Program-made: the position numbers and the translations under genes | Assembly (NCBI GenBank): GCA_963665235.2 | Contig: CAXXLX010000001.1 | Location: forward strand, 3,808,001-3,872,000 | DNA from: Candidatus Poribacteria bacterium | GTDB taxonomy: Bacteria > Poribacteria > WGA-4E > WGA-3G | Reading direction: 5' to 3' | DNA: 64,000 nt | Notes under the pieces: model-generated | Told to the model about the DNA's origin: nothing | Database searches by the model: none | Seen by the model: the letters and a program-made list of their open reading frames with translations, nothing else | Shown: positions 30,406 through 39,523 of the stretch, piece after piece | Numbering within the stretch: the stretch's first letter is position 1 | How the letters are laid out: the number at the start of each line of letters is the position of its first letter

Positions 30406-31869
30406 TCAATCCAACGGAAATAGAGGTCGCCGCACATTTTGATATGCAAAATGTTGCGGATTCACCGCAGTCAACCCTGGTGTATCCACCTCAATAATCT
30501 CTCCTGCAATCGGTTGATATGCAGCACGGTAGGCAATTGCGGCTTTGACGACAATCATCCGCATCGCTGTCGGGTCAATACCTAAGCTCAACAGCTGCTG
30601 AAGACTAAACGGGGTTTGCCGTTTGCTCGTCAATACAACCAGGGAATCCCTAACAGCAACAACGGCTGTTACCCCTTGGTCGTGATATTTGTGTCCGCCG
30701 TGTCGAGGCTCCGTCTCTACAAAACGTCCATCGTGGATTAAGCGGACTTTACCCCGAATTGCAACTGGGGCACCGTGTCGATTGTCTGTTTTCCCGCCGA
30801 CGTGGAGGAAAATATCGTTAGCAACCCCCGCTTGGATACAGGTTTGAACACCGGCCGGGTCAAAGAGGATAACGACAAATCTGGCCGCGCCCTGCCGTAG
30901 CAATTCCGCCAAAACGGTAGTGCTATCCCCCGGTGAACCCCCGCCGATGTTATCCCCCATTTCAACTATGATAACAGGCTGCTTTTCACTGATAACGGCT
31001 CGCTGAACAGCCTGCGCTGCATCCGGTAGGTTAAGCGTCAATTGTTCACGGACATCCCATAACATCTCCGACAACCGTGCTGCTTCGCTCTGTGCAAGCT
31101 GTAGGTCGTCATCGGTGACAACGACGAAAGATGGGCCTGCTTCGTAGACATCGGCGTATGGATAGCCCGCGGCGACATTGGCGACGAGGACATCAGGACG
31201 GTGTTCCACGTGTTGCGCAGCGTTAAGGATAGCGAGCATCGGGTCAGCACTCGTGTTCTGATACAAGATATTGAGAAGCATCGGGGGTTTCGCGAGGGCT
31301 TGCGTCGGCGTGATGTTGTCCATTAGGATTTGCTTCATAAGCTTGCCCGCCTGCAAACCTCGTTCCCGCTGGTCAACGTGTGGGTTCGTTTTGTAGATTA
31401 CGAGGGCGGTCGATTCTGCCACCATCTGCTCGGAGACATTGGCGTGATGGTCTAATGTAACGACGATTGGAAAATCGGGGCCGAAAGCGTGGCGTAGTCT
31501 TTTCAGGAGCTCACCGTCTCCATCGGGATAGCTCTCTACCACCATCGCACCGTGCAAGGCGAGTAGGAGTCCTTCATGTTTCGGGGCAGCTTCGAGCTGT
31601 TGAATTAACGTATCGGTGAGCCGTTCGAAAGCGGCATCAGTTACGGGGCCGGCTGGCGTTGCAGAGGTCATCAGGGTGGGATGCGCGATATAACCGTGCT
31701 GCGTGGCACCTTGTATAAACCCGCCCATTTCGTGATGCGTCTCCCCCCAGATGTCAAATATTTCAGCACCGACAGTATAAGAGCCGTTTTGGAAGGCGGT
31801 AAAATCGGTTGGGGTATCACTAAAGGTATTGGATTCGTGCATGATACCGCCAATTGCAACTGTTTTCAT
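30406..31869 (-). CDS. M81 family metallopeptidase (MlrC-like)
   Basis: HESNTFS, LALHGAM, LDHHAN, NPHVD and DNIGGG motifs. Confidence 0.92.
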   Translation of the reverse strand: MKTVAIGGIMHESNTFSDTPTDFTAFQNGSYTVGAEIFDIWGETHHEMGGFIQGATQHGYIAHPTLMTSATPAGPVTDAAFERLTDTLIQQLEAAPKHEGLLLALHGAMVVESYPDGDGELLKRLRHAFGPDFPIVVTLDHHANVSEQMVAESTALVIYKTNPHVDQRERGLQAGKLMKQILMDNITPTQALAKPPMLLNILYQNTSADPMLAILNAAQHVEHRPDVLVANVAAGYPYADVYEAGPSFVVVTDDDLQLAQSEAARLSEMLWDVREQLTLNLPDAAQAVQRAVISEKQPVIIVEMGDNIGGGSPGDSTTVLAELLRQGAARFVVILFDPAGVQTCIQAGVANDIFLHVGGKTDNRHGAPVAIRGKVRLIHDGRFVETEPRHGGHKYHDQGVTAVVAVRDSLVVLTSKRQTPFSLQQLLSLGIDPTAMRMIVVKAAIAYRAAYQPIAGEIIEVDTPGLTAVNPQHFAYQNVRRPLFPLD

Positions 31870-32069
31870 GGTATTCTCCTTATTAGCAAATTGGCGATTA
31901 GCGATTGGCAATTAGCGATTAGCAAGAGAAAGAAAAGAGAAGATCCTCTTATATTTCTTGCCAATGATTTCCAATAGTCAATCAGCCAACAGCCAGTAAC
32001 CGAATGAAGCTGTAAACCCAACCGCAACGGGCGGGCTGGATGGACGAAAATGAACGTTTTACCTACTTA

Positions 32070-32249
32070 TACCATTTTTATTAATTATTCTATCATTACC
32101 GGTTGTTAGAAATCAAACGGAGAACGGAAGACCCAAACTAAAAGTTTATGCTACAAGAAAGCACACAAACTGGAAGTTTATGCTACAAAAAACAACACAA
32201 ACTGGAAGTTTATGCTACAAGAAAGAGACATTTTCAATTAGAAATGGTA
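32070..32249. mobile_element. MITE family B, copy 2 (3 REP units)
   Basis: TTA|TACCATTT...AAATGGTA|TTA. Confidence 0.85.
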
Positions 32250-32287
32250 TTATATCCTCACCGAACCGCAAGGAAAAAATCAATTTC

Positions 32288-32316
32288 TTGACAAGTAACG
32301 GTAAATATGGTATCAT
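32288..32316 (+). promoter_or_regulatory. Sigma70-type promoter of the HD-selD-pyrE-ymdB operon
   Basis: TTGACA-17 bp-TATCAT with extended -10 TG. Confidence 0.7.
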
Positions 32317-32366
32317 TTTCTAATGTCTTAAGTCATTAAAAAAAGTAGAAGAGACGAGTTGAAGCC

Positions 32367-32981
32367 ATGACACAGGTATTATTTAACGGGAAAAGCCGGA
32401 TTGAATCGGCACTTGAAGTTGCCGCGGAGGCACATCACGGACAATTTCGGAAGGGCACCGACACGCCCTATATTACGCATCCGTATGCGGTTGGGTTGCT
32501 GCTAATGGAGGCGGGATGCAAGGAAACGGTGATTATTGCCGGGCTCCTGCACGATACAGTGGAAGACACCGACCTGACATTGGAATTTATTCGGGAACAC
32601 TTCGGTGAACAGGTGGCAGCGATTGTCGATGGCTGCTCTGAAAATAAGGCATTAAAATGGCGGGCACGGAAAACCGAGCGTATTGAAGCACTAGCAACAG
32701 CAAGCCCGGAGGTATGCCTTGTAACCTGTGCGGATAAACTTCATAACCTACGGACAGTGATTTCAGAGCATCAGGTCATCGGCGATGCCGTGTGGGAACG
32801 TTTTCACGGCGGTATTGAAGCACAGGCGTGGTATTATGAAGCGATCGTAGAAAGTTTGCATAAACAGATAGAATGTGATAAAATAGGTAAAGATAACAAC
32901 GTCGTTCACGGACAATTTAATCCAATTTTCCAGGCACTACAACGTGCTGTGGCATATCTATTTGAGGATATAACATCCTGA
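32367..32981 (+). CDS. HD-domain protein, small alarmone hydrolase (Mesh1-like)
   Basis: AHHGQFRKG..PYITHP...LLHDTVEDT...ADKLHNLR. Confidence 0.88.
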   Translation: MTQVLFNGKSRIESALEVAAEAHHGQFRKGTDTPYITHPYAVGLLLMEAGCKETVIIAGLLHDTVEDTDLTLEFIREHFGEQVAAIVDGCSENKALKWRARKTERIEALATASPEVCLVTCADKLHNLRTVISEHQVIGDAVWERFHGGIEAQAWYYEAIVESLHKQIECDKIGKDNNVVHGQFNPIFQALQRAVAYLFEDITS

Positions 32982-32996
32982 AAGAAAACAGACATT

Positions 32997-34043
32997 ATGA
33001 CACAAAAGAAAATTCGACTCACTGCAACAGTAAAATGTGCAGGGTGAGCGTCAAAATTAGCTCCGGGGGAGCTCTCACAAGTTTTAAGCAACATTCCGCC
33101 ATCGACGGATGCGAATCTACTTGTCGGCACTGAAACATCTGACGATGCAGGAATTTACCGGATTTCGGATGACCTTGCCCTCGTCAACACGGTGGACTAC
33201 TTTACGCCCATTGTGGATGACCCGTTCACATTTGGTGCAATTGCTGCGACGAACGCATTGAGCGATGTCTACAGCATGGGTGGCGTTCCGAAAACAGCAC
33301 TGAACATCGCCTGTTGGCCAAAAGAGGCACTTGACTTATGGATACTCGGCGATATCGTTAAAGGGGGTGTCGAAAAGGTCATTGAATCAGGGGCAGCTCT
33401 TGTTGGGGGGCATACAGTGGAGTCACCGGAGCTGATGTACGGTCTTGCGGTGACAGGAGTCGTGCATCCGGAAAAATTTGTAAAAAATTACGGCGCGCGG
33501 CCGGGGGACGTGCTCATTTTAACCAAAAACCTCGGTATCGGTATCCTAACGACAGGCTTGAAGTTCAACAAAATCGGTGAGTCGATATTACCGATGGTGG
33601 TAGAATCCATGACGCGTCTCAATGCGTCCGCATCGGAAGTGATGCTGAAATACGACGCGAATGCTTGCACCGATGTAACAGGATACGGTTTGCTTGGGCA
33701 CGGATTAGAGATGGCGGAAGGCAATGACGTTGGATTGAAAATTAATAGCGGTGCTGTGCCTTACTTTGCGGATGCCCCGGCACTTGTTAGGAAAAAAACC
33801 TATACACAAGCCTATCTTGCCAATACGTCATTTCTTGCAGAGAAGGTGACGTTCCGCTCCGGGGTTTCGGAGGAGATGCAACATATTTTGATGGAGGCGG
33901 AAACGTCGGGCGGTCTGTTATTTGCCTTGCCAGCGGAGAACGCTGACGCAGCTGTGGCAGAACTCCACGCCCGTGATTGCCCAGAAGCTGCCGTTATCGG
34001 TGAAGTTGTAACCGCAGATGCTGCGCATATTGAGGTGTACTAA
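32997..34043 (+). CDS. selD: Selenide, water dikinase; selenoprotein with UGA=Sec at codon 17
   Basis: MTQKKIRLTATVKCAG(U)ASKLAPGEL...DDAG...VDYFTPIVDDP...NALSDVY...TDVTGYGLLGH; TGA at 33045-33047 is in frame. Confidence 0.93.
33045..33075 (+). promoter_or_regulatory. Bacterial SECIS-like hairpin
   Basis: AGCTCC-GGG-GGAGCT stem-loop (33059-33073) begins 11 nt after the UGA. Confidence 0.7.
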
Positions 34044-34105
34044 ATGTTTCGTAACCTTCTTTTTAATGCCTAACATATACATGTTTTCTTAAGGGCGGAG
34101 GTGTC

Positions 34106-34642
34106 ATGATTCAAAAAATGGAATTAGCGAAACAGATTTGTGAAACGTCCTATCTCACGGGGGAATTCAGGCTCCGCTCTGGAAAGATGAGTACTTTTTA
34201 TTGGGATAAATACCGGTTTGAGAGCAATCCTGTCCTATTATCTGCTATAGCGAAGGAGATGGCGAAGTTGTTACCAGCGGAATTTGACGGTCTCGCCGGG
34301 CTGGAGCTAGGCGGGGTGCCGTTAGCCACTGCTGTCTCGTTGCACACTGGGTATCCATGTTTCTATGTCCGAAAGACAGCGAAAGATTACGGTACCTGTA
34401 ACCTGATAGAGGGCGGCGTTGAAAAGGGGAGTACTGTTGTTGTTATAGAGGATGTAATTACCACTGCAGGGCAGGTCTGTACGTCCATTGAACAGATACG
34501 TGCAGCGGGCTTAATTGTTGAGCACGTCATTGCAGTAATCGAGCGGGAGGCGGGTGGCGAGACAAAAATTAAGGAAGTTGGGTGTTCACTAAGTTCAGTT
34601 TTCACACTAGCAGAGTTAGAAAAAGCAGCGTCTCGGTTATAG
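34106..34642 (+). CDS. pyrE: Orotate phosphoribosyltransferase
   Basis: FRLRSG, YVRK..K.YGT and VIEDVITTAG motifs. Confidence 0.92.
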   Translation: MIQKMELAKQICETSYLTGEFRLRSGKMSTFYWDKYRFESNPVLLSAIAKEMAKLLPAEFDGLAGLELGGVPLATAVSLHTGYPCFYVRKTAKDYGTCNLIEGGVEKGSTVVVIEDVITTAGQVCTSIEQIRAAGLIVEHVIAVIEREAGGETKIKEVGCSLSSVFTLAELEKAASRL

Positions 34643-34661
34643 AGCCGGCGGAAAGGGGAAA

Positions 34662-35438
34662 ATGAAGATTTTATTTATCGGAGACATTGTCGGCAATCCA
34701 GGGAAGAACGCGACAGTCGAGTTTCTAGAAAATTATGACAAATCCGCTGATTTTATCGTTGTTAACGGCGAAAATATGGCAGATGGAAAAGGGTTAAAGT
34801 TTGCAATCGTAGACCTGTTGTTAGCATCCGGTGTTTCCGCGATTACAACGGGGAATCACGTTTGGGATAAGAAGGAAATTTTAGACTTTATTGAGACAAC
34901 ACCTCAGTTGATTCGACCCGCGAACTATCCCGGGAAGGTGCCGGGGCGCGGTTTTACCGTGGTATCATCAAAGGATAGCGAAACGAAACTTGGGGTTGTC
35001 AACCTCGCTGGACAAGTCTTCATGGGTATGTACGAGAATCCGTTTCATGCGTTGGACGCAATTTTACCGGAGGTGAAAGCGGAAACGCCTTATATCCTAC
35101 TGGATTTCCACGCGGAGGCGACATCGGAAAAAATAGCGATGGGCTGGCATGCCGATGGCAGGGTGAGCGCGGTTATCGGAACGCACACACATGTCCAGAC
35201 AGCAGATGAACGCGTGCTGCCCCAGGGCACCGCTTACATTACGGATGTCGGGATGACAGGCCCCTACGATTCAGTTATCGGCGGCAGAATAGAGCATGTC
35301 CTGAAACGATTTTTGACGATGATGCCTTCCCGTTTCGGCGTTGCACAAGATAATGTCAAGCTCTGTGCAGTTGAGATTGAACTAGACGCTGAAACAGGTT
35401 TAGCAGTCAGCATCGAACGACTTCAATATCAGTTTTAA
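34662..35438 (+). CDS. ymdB: YmdB-like metallophosphoesterase (TIGR00282 type)
   Basis: GDIVG, NGEN, GNH, DFHAEATSEK and GTHTH motifs. Confidence 0.92.
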   Translation: MKILFIGDIVGNPGKNATVEFLENYDKSADFIVVNGENMADGKGLKFAIVDLLLASGVSAITTGNHVWDKKEILDFIETTPQLIRPANYPGKVPGRGFTVVSSKDSETKLGVVNLAGQVFMGMYENPFHALDAILPEVKAETPYILLDFHAEATSEKIAMGWHADGRVSAVIGTHTHVQTADERVLPQGTAYITDVGMTGPYDSVIGGRIEHVLKRFLTMMPSRFGVAQDNVKLCAVEIELDAETGLAVSIERLQYQF

Positions 35439-35440
35439 TT

Positions 35441-35589
35441 GTGGAAGGGTGGAAGGGTGGAAGCGTGGAAGGGTGGAAGCGTGGAAGGGTGGAAGCGTGG
35501 AAGCGTGGAAGAATGGAAATGTGGAAGGGTGGAAGAATGGAAACGTGGAAGGGTGGAAACGTGGAAGGGTGGAAGCGTGGAAGGGTGGA
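35441..35589 (+). repeat. Octamer simple repeat TGGAAG(G/C)G, about 18 copies
   Basis: Directly visible; short reverse copy at about 9905-9930. Confidence 0.92.
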
Positions 35590-35947
35590 TTTCGCGTGTG
35601 TATTGTCTGAATCGCGGATTAGCGCAGAGGACACGGAGGACGCGGAGTGTCCGGTGCGGAACAATCTCTTTGGCGATTAGCGCATTGACGATTGGCAATT
35701 GGAAACCAGATGTTGTGATTCTAAAAAGAAATCTGAAGCACTGCAGTTTATTTCTCTTGCTAACGGTTTCCATAAGGTTTCCATAATTCTATAAACATAT
35801 CGCCCCGATGGGGCTAGGTTGTGGGCTGGTTGCGTTTGCTATAAACATTCCGCCCCGATGAGGCTGTGCTTCGGCAGGAGGAGCGGGAAACCGGTTTCCC
35901 GAATACTGAACCTATTTTCTACAAGTTGTCCTTGTGTAAGGAACTTT

Positions 35948-36562
35948 TAAGCCCGAACAACGTGAAGGGCTGGATATATGGCTCATTGGCGATTAGCAAT
36001 TGGCGATTGGCAATTAGCAAGAGGTTTTGAAGATAAACAGGTTTCTGATGTGCTTCAGAGCCCGATTCCTCAAAGAAAGTGGACGGGCTGGATATGGAGA
36101 CGAAAAACCTGTCTAATTTGTGTCCAACACACCCGTAAGCCCGAACAACGTGAAGGGCTGGATATATGGCTCATTGGCGATTAGCAATTGGCGATTGGCA
36201 ATTAGCAAGAGGTTTTGAAGATAAACAGGTTTCTGATGTGCTTCAGAGCCCGATTCCTCAAAGAAAGTAGACGGGCTGGATATGGAGACGAAAAACCTGT
36301 CTAATTTGTGTCCAACACACCCGTAAGCCCGAACAACGTGAAGGGCTGGATATATGGCTCATTGGCGATTAGCAATTGGCGATTGGCAATTAGCAAGAGG
36401 TTTTGAAGATAAACAGGTTTCTGATGTGCTTCAGAGCCCGATTCAAAGAAAGTAGACGGGCTCAAAGAAAGTAGACGGGCTGGATATGGAGACGAAAAAC
36501 CTGTCTAATTTGTGTCCAACACACCCGTAAGCCCGAACAACGTGAAGGGCTGGATATATGGC
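35948..36562 (+). repeat. Tandem repeat of a 188-bp composite unit (3 full copies plus a partial)
   Basis: Unit starts at 35948, 36136, 36324 and 36528; contains two AGCCC...GGGCT hairpins and TTGGCGA/TTAGCAA heptamers. Confidence 0.93.
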
Positions 36563-36642
36563 GAGGCGGGTGGTTTATGAGACCTGCCTTATCAAACCGC
36601 AAGGAAATCTTAAAAATATCAAACCGCAAGGAAATATCAAAG

Positions 36643-37866
36643 ATGCAGATTGAGTTTTCAATGCCTGAGCCTGTTCTCAGTGTGAGTGAAATAACGTCGA
36701 CTTTGGTGAAGGTGATACAGGGTGCGCCCGAGCTGAAGGAGGTATCAGTACAGGGGCAAATTTCCGATCTGGGGCAACCTAAGTCTGGGATTATCTATTT
36801 CAGACTCAAAGATGCGAAGAGCCAGATTAGGTGTGTTATGTTTCGGCAGAATGTTATCAGACTTCAATTTGTGCCGGACAATGGCGATGAGGTGCTGGTA
36901 AAAGGCACAGTTGCTATCTATGCCGCGAATGGCGAATACCAGATTCGGGTCCGGACGATGGAGCCGCGCGGAATCGGTGCCCTGCAAATTGCGTTTGAAG
37001 CATTGAAGCAGAAACTGGCGGCGGAGGGGTTATTTGACACAAGCTATAAAAAACCGTTACCGGGATTTCCGCGTAAAATCGGGGTGATTACTTCTGACAC
37101 AGGTGCGGTTATACAAGATATGCGTCAACAGCTCCAAAAGCGGTACCCACTAGCGGAACTTCTGCTCTATCCAACATCTGTCCAAGGTGCCGATGCCGCG
37201 AGGCAAATTGCCCATGCTATTGGTGAGATGAACAAGAGAACAGACCTTGACGTTTTAATTGTCGGCCGTGGCGGCGGTTCGATTGAAGACCTTTGGTCAT
37301 TTAACGAAGAGGCGGTCGCGCGTGCTATTTTTGCTTCCAAGATTCCTGTGATATCAGCCGTTGGACATGAAACAGATTTCACGATTTCAGATATGGTTGC
37401 TGACCACCGCGCGCCAACGCCCTCTACTGCAATAGAAAATCTGGTGCCGGACCGGGTGGAGCTCCTGGCACAGTTAGAATCGCTTGAAACGCGCCTTCAG
37501 CGAAATATCACGTTTCGACTTCAAACGCAGCATACGAATGTTGCAGCATTAGAAGCGCAGCTGTCGCTTACGAGACGAAAGGATGCTATTTACCAGCTGT
37601 ATCAATTGGTTGATGGATTAGAAAATGCCTGTCAAAAGGCGATGAACCATAGAATAGAGACAGCGAAAAATGAATTACAAGCTGTTGCAGGAAAGCTAGA
37701 CGGGTTAAGCCCACTAAACACCTTAAAGCGCGGGTATAGCATTAGCAAAAATAGTGCGGGGGATATTATAACGTCCAGCCAACAGGTAGAGGTAGGAGAA
37801 CAGCTCAGTATCGACCTTTCTGATGGACGACTTGCTTGCACAGTTAATGAACGTTTTGAATCATGA
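36643..37866 (+). CDS. xseA: Exodeoxyribonuclease VII large subunit
   Basis: GRGGGSIEDLWSFN, SAVGHETD and RAPTPS motifs. Confidence 0.96.
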   Translation: MQIEFSMPEPVLSVSEITSTLVKVIQGAPELKEVSVQGQISDLGQPKSGIIYFRLKDAKSQIRCVMFRQNVIRLQFVPDNGDEVLVKGTVAIYAANGEYQIRVRTMEPRGIGALQIAFEALKQKLAAEGLFDTSYKKPLPGFPRKIGVITSDTGAVIQDMRQQLQKRYPLAELLLYPTSVQGADAARQIAHAIGEMNKRTDLDVLIVGRGGGSIEDLWSFNEEAVARAIFASKIPVISAVGHETDFTISDMVADHRAPTPSTAIENLVPDRVELLAQLESLETRLQRNITFRLQTQHTNVAALEAQLSLTRRKDAIYQLYQLVDGLENACQKAMNHRIETAKNELQAVAGKLDGLSPLNTLKRGYSISKNSAGDIITSSQQVEVGEQLSIDLSDGRLACTVNERFES

Positions 37867-37973
37867 TAGACGGTTAACAAATTTGTAAACCCAACCAGCG
37901 GGCGGACTGGATATACGGAAGCGTTTGTGTCTTTTGCTTATGTCCGGAACGAACCGCAAGGAAAAATTAAAAT

Positions 37974-38210
37974 TTGACCTTTGAAGAGAAGTTAGAGCGA
38001 TTAAAAGAACTTGTTGAAAAGTTAGAGTCGGGAGATGCATTAGAATTAGATGCGTCGCTGGCCCTCTTTGAGGAGAGCATCGGCTTGGTGCGCTCATGCA
38101 GAACATACCTCGAAGCGGCTGAGGTTCGAGTGCAAAACGTGTCGGAACAGGTAGATAGTGCTGAAGTTTCGGGGCCCGTGCCTTCTGATAACGGTAACAA
38201 AAGCGAATAA
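37974..38210 (+). CDS. xseB: Exodeoxyribonuclease VII small subunit
   Basis: TFEEKLERLKELVEKLESG...LALFEE. Confidence 0.92.
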   Translation: MTFEEKLERLKELVEKLESGDALELDASLALFEESIGLVRSCRTYLEAAEVRVQNVSEQVDSAEVSGPVPSDNGNKSE

Positions 38211-38212
38211 TA

Positions 38213-38358
38213 ACCTAAGTTGCCACCTATAACTTTTTAGACTTGGGAACGCCGCTTTTAGTCAAAAAATGCTGTTAATTGGACCGTGAACTTCCTAGTT
38301 CGCGCCCTTATGGAAGACCCAAACTAGGAAGTTTGTGCTACTATGTGTCAACTTGCGT
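38213..38358. mobile_element. MITE family C, short copy
   Basis: Ends ACCTAAGTTGCCAC...GTGTCAACTTGCGT; near-TSD AATAATA/TATAATA; right end homologous to 19770-19806. Confidence 0.68.
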
Positions 38359-38435
38359 TATAATATCCATTGAGAGAACTCCTTTTGCTCAATTATTTAT
38401 CGAACTCACGTCAATACCCATTGGAGGTATCCTTC

Positions 38436-39332
38436 ATGTTGAGAAAAGTTTCGACCGCTTTAGCATTACTGCTCGCCTTTAGTTTCGGTGCATCCCTGAT
38501 GGGCGATGAATCGGTACAAACATATTTTCCAAGCACGCTCGGCAGCTATTGGGTTTACGAAGACCAAGATGGCAACGAACTAACACGCACCGCCATTGAA
38601 GGCGAAGAAATCGCAGGTGAGACGTATCACGCGTTCAGTTATGAACCGGCATTAGAGGATTGGATAAATTATAATCCTTTTATCGCACCTTCTCTCTATC
38701 AAATCAGTGATACAGGAATCACATTCCTTGTCGGCGATGAGGTAGAAAAGGCACTCAAAACCCGTCTTACCAATGAGATCAATATCTACAATGAATCAGC
38801 CAAAAATTTGCTGCCTCCCGGCGTGGAAATTGATATTACATTTGATGTTGAGGGAGAAGGACAAGAACATTTATACCTCCTCCCCGATAGTATTGTTGCT
38901 AATGAGGAATGGGACGCAAATCAGATTGAAGCGAAGATTAAGATGAAAATTTCCGGTGAAAATATTTCAGGACCGGAAGAAATAACACTCAATTTTTCCA
39001 TTTTTGAGACAGGCATCGTCCAGGGAACAGAAGCAGTTGAAACGTCTGCCGGAACGTTTGAAGCGTGTCTGAAGGTTGAATATCGCACAGAAATAACTAC
39101 AGTGATAAATCCTGAGCCACCACCTGATGCACTGTCCACACCGGGCGAAACCGTAACAACATTGTGGTTTGCCCCCAATGTTGGCATCGTGAAGTTACAT
39201 CAAGAAGCACACCCCCTATTTTTAGGAATAATTCCTGAGGCGGAGGAGCTTGGAATATCGCGTGAACCCAAAATCAAAACGTTTGAATTAAAAAAATACG
39301 AAATCAAATCGGATGCGCCGGAGGCTGAATAA
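38436..39332 (+). CDS. Secreted acidic hypothetical protein
   Basis: GGAGGT RBS, signal peptide, YFP..GSYWVY...VETSAGTFEA...WFAPNVGIVK pattern. Confidence 0.78.
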   Translation: MLRKVSTALALLLAFSFGASLMGDESVQTYFPSTLGSYWVYEDQDGNELTRTAIEGEEIAGETYHAFSYEPALEDWINYNPFIAPSLYQISDTGITFLVGDEVEKALKTRLTNEINIYNESAKNLLPPGVEIDITFDVEGEGQEHLYLLPDSIVANEEWDANQIEAKIKMKISGENISGPEEITLNFSIFETGIVQGTEAVETSAGTFEACLKVEYRTEITTVINPEPPPDALSTPGETVTTLWFAPNVGIVKLHQEAHPLFLGIIPEAEELGISREPKIKTFELKKYEIKSDAPEAE

Positions 39333-39523
39333 GCACTTTTTCCATCTATCGTCTTAGAGAGCTACGCGCAAACGAAAATCTGCTCCGACTGGTCCGAGAA
39401 ACCGGTGGGGCATCGTTGAAGCGGGGGAAGAGCAAAAAGCCCCGACACTTGCGTTGCTGGTTAAAGGATGGTGGCGCATTCGGCAAAGGACATCTCCGCT
39501 TTTCACGGGAATGGAGAATATGG

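Noticed and set aside
35407-35786. Short repetitive ORFs on both strands
   Set aside because: Artefacts of stop-free octamer repeats.
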